From assembly GCA_044892505.1 (NCBI GenBank), contig CM097882.1:86180001-86244000 (forward strand): 64,000 bases of DNA, written 5' to 3'. Below are positions 25,531-38,560 of this stretch, piece after piece. The notes beneath the pieces are model-generated. The model had not been told where the DNA came from and made no database searches. It saw nothing but the letters and a program-made list of their open reading frames with translations. A program made the position numbers and the translations under genes. This stretch comes from Schmidtea nova. Taxonomy: Eukaryota. Position 1 is the stretch's first letter. The number at the start of each line of letters is the position of its first letter.

Positions 25531-26079
25531 TTACAGAGGTAAGTCCTCTTTTGAGGCGCATAATTTTAGATAATCCTCGCGTCTTTTACTGATCATTTTC
25601 CTCAGATATGGTCTGTCTTTATACGAATTTGGCCATTTTTCGAACTGAGATTGGAATGAAGTGAAAGCTTTCATCAAATTGTCTTTTAGATTTAGGAGCA
25701 TTGACTTTATATCATCAGTTTTATTAATATCTTTGCCTTCAGATCTATCTTCTATATCATCAAGCATAAGTCTGGGATTGGACAAAATGCCCGTTCGAAA
25801 ATTAAAACAAAGTTTACAAACTGGAGAATTTTGAAGTTTTTCTGTAAGAGGTGTTCGACCAACATTCAATTTGCGCCAATAATCACTGTCAGATATCGGT
25901 GAATTAAATTGTAGCTTTTCTACAATTACTGAAGATCGCACTTTATCAGAAATGATTGAATCTTCCGTAGACAACACATTAATCAAATCATCCATAAGAG
26001 AGCTCTCGATTTTTTTGACCACATTTCGTAACAACTCATCAATAGAATCTTCGTCTTCGGCCAATTCTTCATTAAGCAT
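25531..26079 (-). CDS. Hypothetical 182-aa acidic protein (cargo of cassette B)
   Basis: Intronless ATG-initiated ORF downstream of the hairpin; no recognisable domain. Confidence 0.45.
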   Translation of the reverse strand: MLNEELAEDEDSIDELLRNVVKKIESSLMDDLINVLSTEDSIISDKVRSSVIVEKLQFNSPISDSDYWRKLNVGRTPLTEKLQNSPVCKLCFNFRTGILSNPRLMLDDIEDRSEGKDINKTDDIKSMLLNLKDNLMKAFTSFQSQFEKWPNSYKDRPYLRKMISKRREDYLKLCASKEDLPL

Positions 26080-26391
26080 TTTAAATCAAGAAATTAAAAT
26101 CCAAAAATCGCTTTTTTAATTCATCAAAATTACAAAATTATTTTCATCCATTAATAATCCCAAAGGCACAGATAAAACCGAACCAAAACTGTGACAAAGA
26201 CCCAATCTCAAAAATTCCTTTTTAAATTCACTTAAAATTCACACTCAGCAATTTTTTAATCAAAAAACTCGAAATCCATCACTAAAAATAAATCAGTAAA
26301 ACAACAACTAAAAAACTCAAGCTTTAAATTAATTTCCAAAAATTCGAAATAATTCCAATTCATTTACTATCTTCAAGCGAATTCAGTCACT

Positions 26392-26452
26392 CGCGTCTGT
26401 GTGCGCACACCAACTCTAGACCTCATACCTCACTGTCGCGTACACAGACGCG
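26392..26452. repeat. GC-rich stem-loop, same stem as 1622-1687
   Basis: CGCGTCTGTGTGCGC (26392-26406) pairs with GCGTACACAGACGCG (26438-26452), 14/15 matches. Confidence 0.9.
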
Positions 26453-26792
26453 TTGCAATCTGCCTGCTAGATGATGGTGGAGGGAAATTTGATTAGTAGG
26501 TTGAAAAATTGGAATGTGTCGCAGCTGATACAGGGTAGAGTTGGTGTGATTGATTTGATTGCTAGTGTCTAAACCAGGCGGATAGAGATGAGATGCGTCC
26601 TGAACGCCCTGGTCCTGAGATATGAAGAATTACCTCTCGGCAGACAAGCTCTCCAAGATCTTTAAAGTTTTCGATAAAACCGTATAACGGCTTCCAGGCT
26701 AGCTCCACAATCTCTCATAGCAATCAAGCCCCGCCTTTTACTATTTTATTTTTATTTAATTAATTTTTAAATATTTTAATAAGCGGGTGCGA

Positions 26793-26866
<74 letters not shown>

Positions 26867-27399
26867 CGTAATTAATGAAATGAAATCAATTTTAAGGCGT
26901 AGTTCAGTGTTCATTTAGTATTCAACAAAATTATAAATTAATTTATAAAAATATACTAGGAAGAAAGCTTTATAAATTATTTATAATGTTATGTATAACT
27001 TCATTTTTTAATAATTATAAATTAATTTTATAATATTTTATAAATGCTAAATTATTTTTCTAAATTAAATTATTTCATAAATTTTAGAACGAAAACTTTG
27101 GCCAGTTAGTGTTACCAACTACACCTTTGATGCCATCACTGTTAGCCACATTAAATTTGATGCAAAATACAAAGAAATAGACCTCAATAATATTTTTGTC
27201 AATATTAGATTATATATTACCAGAAATATTAAATTTACAATTAATTACATTTGGATTTTTTTTAATTTAATTAATTTTAATTACTAAACTAATATGTATT
27301 GTCCACTTCATCTGTAACATTATCTCTTCAAGGCAGAAATATATGACATAAAAACACATTCTTGTTCAATTCAAAAATCTACATTGATAAAGAAAATTG

Positions 27400-27885
27400 T
27401 ATTAGTGAGACAAATCAAGGTAAAAATATAGTGAAGGTCTCATTCAACCTTATTTGAAAAAAGGAAGTATGCCTGCAGAATACTTGCTTTAGTTGCAGAA
27501 AACAATCGTTGGAACCATGCCGAGGAACTCAACATTTTAAGTTCCAGAATTTCAAATTCAGAGGCAGAGAAAAAGAAAGTAATTTCTTTTCCAAGATAAA
27601 ATTACTCTTGTGAAATTTAACTAAAAGAAGAACAAATCTGTAATCCTGTTTAGCACACAATATCGCAATGCTAAAATAAATAATGTGACTAGTAAGCCTG
27701 AAATAATAATGTGTTATAACTTAATAAAAGCAAGTGTAAACACATTGGATCAGCTAGTTAGGTGTTATTCGACTAAAGGTTTTACTCGACGTTGGCATAT
27801 GGCTATCTTTTACAATATCATTGATGTGGATGCTTATAATGCTTTCCTGGTACTTTCCGGTTATCTCGACCTCATCAAAAAATGA
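27400..27885 (+). mobile_element. piggyBac transposase remnant
   Basis: KPEIIMCYNLIKASVNTLDQLVRCYSTKGFTRRWHMAIFYNIIDV matches the PGBD motif KP..YN..KGGVD..DQ...Y...RRW. TIVGT occurs upstream. Confidence 0.8.
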
Positions 27886-27888
27886 ACA

Positions 27889-28040
27889 TATAAATGACAG
27901 ATATAAGCCGTTTAGGATCAAGTTATAGGATCAGAATCATATCTGGAACCAAAAACTGTCTAGACACTTCGAAGACTCGCTGTCTAGGCAGATCCTGATC
28001 TTTTAACTTGATCCCAGACAACTTATACGCGCCATTTATA
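27889..28040. repeat. ~150-bp imperfect foldback
   Basis: TATAAATG..ATAAG..GGATCAAGTTA..GATCAG is mirrored by GATCCTGATC..TAACTTGATCC..CTTATA..CATTTATA. Confidence 0.7.
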
Positions 28041-28239
28041 TACTACTATAGAGAGTGTATAATTTAATAAAAAAAGTATTATGGGGAGGGGGTATAACTT
28101 AATAAAAAAATATTATAAGGGATATAATTTAATAAAAAAAATATTATAAAAAACAAATTATTATTAATTAACATCAGTAACTTTTGTGCTATTTTTTTAT
28201 TTATTTTATCAAATCTTTCTATTATTTTTTATTACTACT

Positions 28240-29990
28240 AGTAGTGTAAAAATAGAGGGAACCAGGCCAGACGTCAAACCAAGCCACCCAACTCTGAAAA
28301 TTTTATCACAACTATAGGGATATAATTTAATAAAAATATTTACATCTTATTCAAAAAAATTATTTACATCTCAATTAATATTACTAATTTCAACATCAGT
28401 AACGTGTTATATTTTTTATTTATTTCATCAAATCTTTCAATTATTTATATTTTATTACTCCCATATGGAAGTGTTGTGATACCGTAACTTAAGAATATAT
28501 CTTTTATCGTCATAATTATTCAAATCCTTTCTTTGATGTTGTTTGAATATTATATTATACTTTTCACTTTTAATTCTCCAATCTATAACTTTTCCTTGAG
28601 ATTCTCCTAAAAGACAGCTTTTAATTTCTTAAAATCAAATATTTTCTATTTAAGGTTAGGTATATTCTTTTATTTTTTTGTGTAAAGAATAAAAATTTTA
28701 TCAAACTCATCTTTTTCTCCAAGGTCTTACCATAAAATGAATTATTTAATAATTTATAAAAGAAATCTCCAAATTTATCTTGTTTTCTTTCTATATAAGA
28801 TTTTAACCATTTTGATTATTGTACATTAATTTTACATGTACTTTTTCTAAAATCATCCCATTCTCCGAGTAATATTCCAACATTCTTCCTTCAATAATAT
28901 AATTTTTTTATCATATTGTGTTTGAAATAATTTTTCTGTCGTCTTGTATCCGCCATGATTATTTTCTTTCTGCCATTGTGATAACCATTCATCTAGGGTT
29001 TTTAGTTTTTAAGGACAAAATGGAAAATATTCTATATTGTCTGGGTATTTTAAATCAACTTTTAAATAAAACTTTCTGGTGAATTTATTGTTGATTGTTG
29101 ATATGTTGTGTCTTTGCACCATTCCATTTCGCCAGATGGTAATTCTTCAATCATTGCAGTTGGATATAATGAATTAGCATCAAAATAATATAAAGAATTT
29201 TCTTGTCCTGTTTCAACAAGTCTATTTCCATATACTCTTGAAACTCCACCTCTTATACCACTTTCTATAAATAATAATTGATCAAAAGTATCTTTTTTAA
29301 AATACTTCAAATTTACTTGTGTATATTTTAATCCTGCCAATCATGGTGATGAATAACATCAACAAGGATCAATTTCATAATTATTCAAACACAATTCTCT
29401 AAAATTCTCAAAAACATCTGACAAAACACAAACATCAATCTTTAAATAATTCATTATGTAATCTTTTAAAGATTCACAATTTAATAATTTTCATGTTTCT
29501 TGGGCATAAATATAATCTTGTTTTGATATATTAGATTTTTTAAATGGTAATAAAATTCTTTCATCTCTGGTAATAAAATTTCATTCATCTTTTCTATTAT
29601 TTCTTCAAAGTTTATACTAGAAATATATTCATAGGGATAAATCCCCTTTCTTCGTCGGATATTATAATATTCATTATAAATCTTACATTCTTGAGGTTTT
29701 AAAAGTGATGATAAATAATTTGTCAATACTTGAAATCTTGCTTGATAATTCTACAAAATTAAATGATTATCATACACTATTACATAATGAAAATAAATAG
29801 TAATGAAATCAATTTTCTTTGCTTTTAAATTACATGAATTATGCGCGGCCCCTCTATAATTTACATTATAATGGTCATGACCCCTAACTTTATCATCTGA
29901 TAATATTTCATTAAAACCGTTTTAGGACGGATACTTATGTTAGTTCTTCAATCATTTTTACAGCATCTAATTTCAGAGCACCCAAAAATT
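28240..29990 (-). mobile_element. Second Polinton remnant: degraded pPolB plus terminus-like region
   Basis: Minus strand reads GHDHY..YRGAAHNSCNLK, RRKGIYPYEY, IESGIRGGVS, YFDANSLYPTAM and NNYDDKRYI. AGTAGT lies at 28240 with flanking short tandem repeats. Confidence 0.8.
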
Positions 29991-30215
29991 AGTAACAGAA
30001 GACGAAATATTTATTAAAAAAGAAACTAAATACAATTTATTTCTCAAATAAAGGTCAGAATAGCGAATAATAAATATTCAGTGAATTTATTCTAAGATTT
30101 TCCATTGTATCTTAAAAGTTTTTTCAATTATAAAAAAGAAACGAATTTTCATGCTATAAATAAATGCGGAGATTTAGTAATTTGTTAAATAAACTTTCAA
30201 CATTAAAAAAAGCTT

Positions 30216-31701
30216 CTAGGTTTCTTCATTTAATGTATTTGCAAACATTGACTTTCTTCCTGGATTGCTTTTCATGTTGGCGATTATTTCTTCATCTGAC
30301 AATCCGATTTCTTCGTAATCTTCACTCAGTAATTGTAAATCCATCCGGGATTCAGCGAACTCCGTTTCTTCCATTCCTTCATTGATAAACCAATGAACGA
30401 AAGATCTTTTGGAATACAGTAAATCAAATTTTCTACAGAGACTTAACCAACTGCTTCTAATGGCGGTTGTACAAGCGATCATGGTAACAGATTTGTCACA
30501 GTACCCAACAGATGAATCTGGCGAAGCGGTGGGGCATTGGTTATTAATACCGATTTTAAATCCAGTTGGACTCCAGTCCACGAATCTCATTCCTAAATTC
30601 GCTCTAAATTTTTGGATGACTTGAGACACCTCATTTGGTGCAACACTTCCGCGGTAGTTGAGGATTACAGAAATGAAACTCCCTCTATTAGTGTCACACT
30701 TGAGAGCTTGATATTCTTTTGACAGAACATCTTTGGTAATTTGTTCCACAGTTAAAGTAGTATAACGAGCTCTAGACTCGTGATGAATAGGAGCGTGACG
30801 CATCAATGCGTGATGTATTCGCGGATACGGGATCAGATTTGTATGCATTTCTCTAAGACCGGAATTCAATGAGTTAGCAAATCGCATACAAGCTGTAGAC
30901 GAACTTATCATCATCGACAAGAGTCTATTAATATCACTAAATGTAGGATTGTTTACGAACAAAAGCTTCTGACACATTGAATAAAGGGCTTCATTGTCAA
31001 AAAGAAGACATAGTTCACAAGTTTCCATTGTCGTGTGACTATGAAAGGTTGCATTATATGGCTCTACAATCGCATTGGACATAGTTGGACTGGGAAAAAG
31101 ACCCATTTGAATTCGACTTATCTTAGGATAATCCATAAAGATTTGTTGCATTAATAAAGCACCCATTCCTCCACCGGACCCACCTCCCATACTGTTTAAA
31201 ATAAAAAAGCCTTCAATATAATCTACTTGTTCAACCAATTTGTTAAGAACTCTACGGAAGGGTTTGATGCACTGACTGCCTGAAACAAAACTCCCTCGAG
31301 CGAAATTACTGGCAGAATCATCGCGTCCATATATTAGGTTTTCAGTGCCAAACAGATTTCGATATGCTCCAGTTTGGATCTCTCCTAAATTGCGATTTCA
31401 TCAAACGTTAGAAAATTCTTCAATGTTACCTATAACAGTAGATTCAGAATCGATCACTATAGCTCTAGGCATATATTTGTTATTATTAACTTCTTGGTAA
31501 AATATCGAGGCGTCTCCCAAATCCATGTCCTTGAACTCTAGCTCACCATCTGGACTAATTGCATGCTCTAGGCATAAAAGTTCCCATAAAGAGTGGCAAA
31601 TCTGAACACCGCATTGCCCAATATGAACTGTTATAACTTTTGATGGCTAATAATTGTTTAAAACTATAAATAAATAACGTTATTTTTAATAAACTTACCA
31701 T
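30216..31701 (-). CDS. TUBA: Divergent alpha-tubulin, 3 exons (31701-31699, 31646-31430, 31384-30216)
   Basis: The ATG is followed directly by a 52-bp GT-AG intron; a 45-bp phase-1 intron follows ESTVI. Motifs: VHIGQCGVQI..WEL.CLEH, PRAI, SNFARG, VEPYN, TNLIPYPRIH, FVDWSPTGFKIGIN, KFDLLYSKRSFVHW, EGMEE.EF.ESR.DL..L.EDYEEIG. Confidence 0.93.
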
Positions 31702-31927
31702 GGGCAATTTTAAAATTATATAAAACAAATCAATTAATATTTAATTTATATAAAGTCAATTTAATCTAAATATTGTAATTGTTTAATTTATGAAAGTAAA
31801 GAGAATAGCTGCCGTGAATAACCCAATGTGAGGCGGGTTCAAGGGATTCCTCCGAACCGGGACACGCTCTTTATAATGCGTAGCCTTATAATATGCAAAT
31901 ACATGTGATTTCTCAGTCACTGTACTT

Positions 31928-32300
31928 CAGGGCGGGGGGGGGGGTCAAACTCGCGGCCCGCAACGAACATTTTTGGGGCCAGAGACAGAATTCGCTAAAC
32001 GTTTTTTTAATATTACTCTTACTATTATTGAGCAAAATAAGTACATTTATCTTTAATAAACTACAATTAGGTAAATACGGTAATTAAGTATAATAATATC
32101 TAAAATGTGTTAAAAGTTAGGTTACTGACTGTTTTCTACTGGTTTGTTCAACTGTTAAATAATTAACAGTAATTTATTGTTGAACGAAAAGCTGAAAATC
32201 TAGATTATTAATAAGATGTCCTGTTAAATAATTAACAATATTTAGCGGTAAAAACAATTGATTTGCGTAAACTTTAGTCAGAGTGTAATTATTTGAAATA
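31928..32300. mobile_element. hAT-type MITE left end (right end not found)
   Basis: CAGGG...GGTCAAACTCGCGGCCCGC is a typical hAT MITE head. Confidence 0.4.
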
Positions 32301-32339
32301 AAAACGTTTCTATGAATATTGATTTTTGAATTCGATATT

Positions 32340-34253
32340 GAATTCGAAAAAACACCCTTTATCCAAAAAACGGCTGTCAATGAAGATAGAGAAATAATCT
32401 TTAAGTATTTGCTCCATTGTCCTTTGAAAGATTGCAGAGGCGGTCTTCATACCCATCTGTAATCTATTTACAATAAACATACCTTTTGTCGTATTTATGC
32501 ACGATATCTCATTTGCTTTATCGTCTAATTCTATCTGCCAATATGCCGATGTGAGATCGAGCTTTGCGAATTTGTTGGCATTCTTTGGTTTTGAGAAAAT
32601 TGTTTCGACGTTCGGAATGGGGTATGCATCGGTCTTTATCTTTTTATTGATATGCACTTTGAAGTCAACGCATAATCTGAGGTCGCCATTGCTCCTTTTT
32701 ACCCAAACCACCGGTGAAGAATTCAGTACGGGTTTGGTACACGGAGAGATTACTCCTAAACGCTGTAACCTTATTAGTTCATCGTTAACTTTACTTTCTA
32801 AAGCTAATGGTATTGGCCTAGCCTTACAGAACATGGGCTTTGCATCGTCGATTAAATCCATAGAAGCTTTTATACCTTTGATTGCTGGTAACACTTGAGA
32901 TTCTGTTGTCTTCGTGATTTGACACTGTAAAATTCCGTGTCGTGTCTGCTGCAGTATATCCATTCCTATTAGTCCGAAGTCCTTCATTGATTGAATGACT
33001 GTGATTGTTACCGGAAGCCCCTGCTTTTCCCATTCCACAGTTGTCAGAAACGAGCCGTAGCATTGTATGATATGCCCATCGTAGGCTTCAAGCTTTCTTC
33101 TTGTCATGTCAAGCTTCAGTCTTCCCATGTCTTCCCACATCTTGGATGATATGATTGATACAGATGCGCCGGTATCTTTTTGCATTTTCACTATCGTTGT
33201 ACCTAGGAGGACAGGGTTAATGTCACTTGTAATATTATTTGAAGTGAACTGGTTGATGTATTGCGTGTCACTTTCATTGGCTGACGATGTCTGATCTGCG
33301 AATGTTCTGTGTATCGACTTTGTCGAAGATCTTCAAGCTTTCGCAAAATGATTCATTCTGTCACAATTCGTACACTTCTTTCTATATGCCGGGCATTTCT
33401 TTGGCTCGTGTATTCGGTCACAGTAATGACATCTTTGATTTCCTTTCTCTTCAAATTTCTTGATGTTCCAAGGTTTGATCTCTTCTTTTTAGTGAAATTG
33501 ATTTCATCGGTCGTAGAGGTAATTGTAGGTTTTGTTCCATGCTAGAGGGATATGAACGTCGATATCTCCTCATATGTTTGCATTTGTGCGAGGATCTCGT
33601 TGCATGTACGAATCCCAACACTCATTTGCAGCAAAATCTTTTCCTTAGCATTGATATCAGATATTCCCGATATCAATGCCATGAGTAGCATATCCTCATT
33701 GGGGTCAGTTGAGTCCTTCAATTTCTTGAAGTCACAATATATAGAAGCCTTCTTAAATCTGATATAGAAATCTGCTGATTTCTCTTTCGGTTCCTGTCTT
33801 AGCTGATAAAATCTTGCTATCTCAGCTATTACAACTTTGCTTTTCAGCTGTGTGTGGTTTAACAGCATGGCTTTGATCTTGCTGAACGTCATCTCCTCTA
33901 GCAATTTGGGAGAAGCCATATGTTGGATTTTCGTGAGTGCCTTCAGTTCACATACAGATAGGAAGTTGTCCATGACTTGTCTTGATTTGTCACTGTCGAC
34001 CCACTTATTGGCTCGACTCATCGCACCGAAAGCGGTTAACCATATTTCGACATTGATGTTGTCATCTAGGTTCAATTCTTTCAATCGTGACGCCATTGTT
34101 ATAATGCACGCACAAGACTCTTTATGATTCAAATTATATTTATTATAAAATGATTAGATATTAAAACAAAATATTAAAACGATGATTAACACGATTATTG
34201 TTAATCATCATTGACAATATTATGATATATTATTAGCCCCTCTTATCACTACA
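32340..34253 (-). mobile_element. 3'-truncated Ty3/Gypsy LTR retrotransposon (LTR, PBS, gag, protease, partial RT)
   Basis: gag starts MASR within the PBS TGGCGTCACG (from 34095) and has zinc knuckles (CHYC..H..C, CTNC...H). Protease DTGASVS; RT SSPVVWVKR..DLRLCVDF..KLDLTSAYWQI..QMGMKTASAIFQR. It breaks off before YxDD. Confidence 0.9.
34097..34253 (-). repeat. Putative 5' LTR of the Gypsy element
   Basis: Minus strand starts TGTAGT, ends ATAACA, contains AATAAA and lies 1 nt before the PBS. Confidence 0.6.
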
Positions 34254-35599
34254 ATTGATAATGAAGAAAAACAATTCGTAAGTATGGATAATTATAATTC
34301 AATATACACCACAAAATTTACAAAACACCAACAAAATTATAACAATGAAAATAATAAAATAAATCAGTATCACGCGTCCAATATTGTTAAGTCAATAGCT
34401 TCTAATGTCGTTTTTCGAAGCTGTCCCAGGACGCGGACTTCTTGTTTTCGCTTTCGCCGCGCCCTGACTCCTTTACTGAGTTTCCAGCGCTTCTGCTTTT
34501 CGGGTTTACTGAAATTATCAATGAACATTCAAAACTCATCTATTCTAGCATCACAACAGACTCTAATATTCAAGCAAAACTTCATTTTATCATGCAAAAC
34601 GATCATAACTTCATTTTTGCTCATAATCGTTGTACTATCACTACTCAATTCGTGGATCAAATATTCCCAAGAAAATAATATTCCAGGTATTTAATCGCTA
34701 TTATTTTATTCTATTTAACTATTATTTCTGTTTTTTACATTTTTGGATTTTTTTGTTAAAGATTTAATTAAAATTCAATCTATATACAAATCTTATTGTC
34801 TATTTTGCTAGATTAAAATCTTTACCATTTTATTAAACTTAAACATTTTAACTTTTAAAAATTTGCCGAGGCCCTGACAACGGATAACGATGCAAATTTC
34901 CCCCAAAATTTCATTCGTTATTCCATCGCTATAATCTCGATAAAAGAAAACTATATAAACGTAAGTGCAAAATTTTTTGCTTGGTTAATTTATAGTACAC
35001 AGATTTGATTTCTTATAATAAAATTATTAATTTTTTATTTTCTATTTTAGGATCGGTAGAGAAATCTAGATTTTCATTCAATGTGAAATTTCACAAGTAA
35101 TTCAATTTTATCTCTTTCTTCTTTTATGATGATCTCAAACTTATTTTAGAGAAATCGTTCCGATTTTTTTGGAGAGCCATACTGTTAGAAGGGATTTTAT
35201 ATTCATTATCATTTATCTTGTCGTCAAATACTCATTCCAATAGCAATGCCGATGCAAAATTTCCCCCCTTTTTGATTTTCGAGTTTAAGATTTCGTTATG
35301 TATTTATCTTATATCATCAGTATTACGATGGTAACGCTGATACTAAATTTTCCGTCTAGATTTATCAAGTTTCGAAATTGTCATGAATCTCATCTACCAG
35401 ACATCTGGTGAATTTGGTATTTCCTGGCTGGTTTGATTTTAATTTAACTCAGTGATTACGAGCTCTTATCGTGGACTAACCTTTCCCAAGACTTGGCAGG
35501 TGATTTTATGTGCAACCTATTGTAATTTTTTTTTTGCTTTCTAATAAAACTTTGGTCTTTATTGTAACTTTTGAAAATAAAATCTAGTTCTAATTTTTA

Positions 35600-38560
35600 G
35601 TGTTCAGTAATAGATAGATTATTATTCATGAAAACATAGTAGACATTTTAGAGGGTTTCTAGACTTAGGACAGAATATAGTGAATATTTTATACGAGAGT
35701 AAAATGTTAGAATTCGCATGAATCTCGATTTAATTGACTAAATATGTACTGTACATAGGTGGGTAGTTATTGAGGGAGTGAAAGTGCACAAATTATTTAC
35801 CCGTTATTGATCAAACAATTTTTTCTACGGAATAAAGTAACTAGCCCAATTGAAACAGACAAATTTCTACTTAATGTAATAGGTTCCAGTTGGCGTTATA
35901 AACTGCAAGGTAATTAGTTTGACAAGATGTTATTAGGTGGCATGGGTAACTTAGTGATGAATATCAATGCACAGATTTTCTGGATGTAACATGCTGTGTT
36001 TAGGATGTTGGTGAATGGGGTAATGTGATTTGAATGTATATATAGTTAAATGAATGTTCATGTGTAGTATTAGATGTGGATGCTGATTGCTGACTGTACT
36101 GATCAGATGAATTTGTGATTGGCGATGTTGTGAGATGCAAGTGTTTATATTATGGGATGTTGTGCTTTGCTATGAATTTGTGATATGGGATGTTGTAACT
36201 GTATGTTTATAATTATAAATGCTTTTATAGGTTTATTGTGTATTTTTCTCTGTGGTGATTGTATGTAGAAGATGATATTGGATAAAATAGGTAATTCAAT
36301 AATGGATGTGATTGAGTGAGTTTCTGTGTGGGTTTTTTGGATGTGTTATGCTGATGGGTGTTAATGAATGAAAAGATGCAGTATGTGTGTATTGAATAAA
36401 TAAATGAATAAATTGTCTGGTGTGGTATTAAATAAAAATAGTATTAATGAGTGTTATGGATGTAGCAGTTTACAAAGATTGTTTTATAGTTTATTTCAAA
36501 TTTTTGGATGGGGTAAATTATGAAATGATGTTAACATATATAAAATAATTTTCACAATTTTTACGAAATAATAATTTAATTTTTATATTTATAAAATTTT
36601 CCAAAATAACTGGGAGTATATTAAATTCGGAATTTATAATAATATTTTCAATTTACAATTTTCTGAGGCAAACTAGGAAGTGGTTAAAATTAAATTTTTA
36701 TATAATTCATAAAATAATAAAATTTCAAATACAATAATTTTTATATTATAATTTAAATTTTCTAAATAAATTCAAAATATATCAAATAAATTAAATTCAA
36801 AATTATACAAAATTGACAATAAAATTCTTAATTTCTAATTTTTCCACGAGGATTAAAATATATTTAATGAAAAGTTTTATAAGGCTTATAAAATGATAGG
36901 AGTTTCAGATTCAGAATTTTTAATCGATTATCATTTAAATTCAACTCTTCATATCATGGTGTTTTCAATAATAGGTTTTGGAGAATTTTAATTCCGAAAG
37001 CATGTGAACTTTCCCAGCAAAGTGTGCACGAAACTTTTGAGAATCCTCGCTTGAATACTTCAGATACCAGAAATTATAGTTCAACTTAAGTAAATTTTTA
37101 CAAATAATTTTTCGATTCAATGAGGTTCAATTAGATAATATCAATTATTGTTCACATATTCTAATATGATCTAAACATTTCTATCAATCGTTGAGCTGCT
37201 ATTTTGAATAATTTTCATAACTTCGATTTTCCAATGACTTTGCAAATTCTTTAGTGATGAGATGGAAAAGATGTTTATGAGAGCGAAAGCGAGTTACGAG
37301 TTAGATGCAATTGTGTTCACGATTTTTATTATAATAAAGATTTCGATGGATGAATGAACATTTTATTTCATTAAATTATTAGTTTTCATTTTCAATATGT
37401 GTTGTGAGATATAATTCAGATAAGAATACAATATTATAATTCGATGATCATTATTATAAAAGCCTTGCCCTTAGCCAAGCCACTGTTCCCCAACAGCTGT
37501 GTATGGGATGAAGTGATCATCGATGTGTGGGTTTCACCTATAGCAGAAATATGGGCTGGCCAATGCGTACCTCAACTGAAAAGCGATCCACTTAGGCTAC
37601 TCCTATCAGTACAGCTCAAGGCCGGACTGATTTCAAAATGTATGGAGGATGTGAAAAAAAAATTATTTATTTATTGTAATATAAATGAAATTGGTCAAAT
37701 TTATATATGGGTCATTGTAACAAGTTTTCTTTAGCCAAAATGTAATCAAAATTGTTTTAAATCGGACATAAAGAAAAGATTTAAGAGCATTTTAGCTAAA
37801 ATATTATTTTAATAAATTAAAAATACTTAAATTATGAACCATGGATACGAATAATGATAAAATATATAAATCATGAGTAAGAAATAGCACATAGATAGAT
37901 AAAAGTTACCGGGTATGAGACGATCAAAGGGCATTACTTTGAAAGCCCCATATCAAATAAAATAAAGATTCTTACATCAAATAGTTTGTATCATTGTCTC
38001 CTCAAAGCAGATGACTCTGGAATTCAACGGGGTTGTGTCGTCCAAAATTTAATGTAAAGACGAGTTCTGGTTGGATGTCACTTCTTTGGAGATATTAGAG
38101 TGTTTTTTAGTTAGGCTGACTGTGTGATCGATCGCAACTAATGGGTCTTTGTGAGCCTTAAATATCTGATTGTTGTTAGTGCTGGTTTTTTTTTCTGGGT
38201 TCACTAAAGTGAGAAATCTTTTGAAAGAATCTCTTTCTAATCAAATCGGTCTGCAAGTATTTGCACGACGAAAGTTTCTTTGAAGTTTCAAAAAAAGATT
38301 TTGTAGCGTTCGGTTCAGATAGAACTTTTATCTGTTGGTCGTATAAAGTTCTGACGATTTCAATTTTGATGGCGGTAAATATATGATGTTCTGTGTGTTG
38401 TGTTCATTGATGTAGTAAAACAAATTGTTTTAGAAGGAATTTTCGACTTTTCCAAAATTAATTTTAACAATTTTAAGCAAAATTGGATTATTATTTTTGC
38501 ATAAAATTTTAATAAAACTTAAAATAATTTATTTTTAAATCCAAAATTTTACTTTTGAAT
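35600..38560. repeat. Diverged ~3-kb duplicated block, copy 1 (copy 2 at about 40600-43992)
   Basis: Collinear shared segments: a GT-rich skewed tract, GACTTTGCAAATTCTTT..GAGCGAA (37240 vs 42820), CCTTGC.CTT.GCCAA.CCACT (37465 vs 43070) and TTTTGATGGCGGT...TTATTTTTGCATAAAATTTT (38365-38510 vs 43785-43930). Confidence 0.7.

Larger units (their letters stand above)
24770..26795 (-). mobile_element. Unclassified hairpin-cassette element, copy B (left boundary uncertain)
   Basis: The terminus reads TGGTCGCACCCGC on the minus strand and abuts a (TA)n tract. It shares the terminal block and hairpin with copy A, then a T-rich leader and ORFs 25531-26079 and 24830-25162. Confidence 0.55.

Noticed and set aside
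25407-25535. Possible solo LTR (TGTAAC...GTGACA on the minus strand)
   Set aside because: No TSD, no PBS and no clear polyA signal, and it overlaps the stop of the adjacent ORF.
30164-30624. Antisense ORFs over tubulin, Gypsy, Tc1 and Polinton genes (e.g. 30164, 30409, 32497, 33552, 33837, 23919, 54591)
   Set aside because: They are shadow frames of real coding sequence with no motifs of their own.
34370-34700. GC-richer patch with a basic minus-strand frame (KRWKLSKGVRARRKRK)
   Set aside because: No start, splice structure or family could be established.
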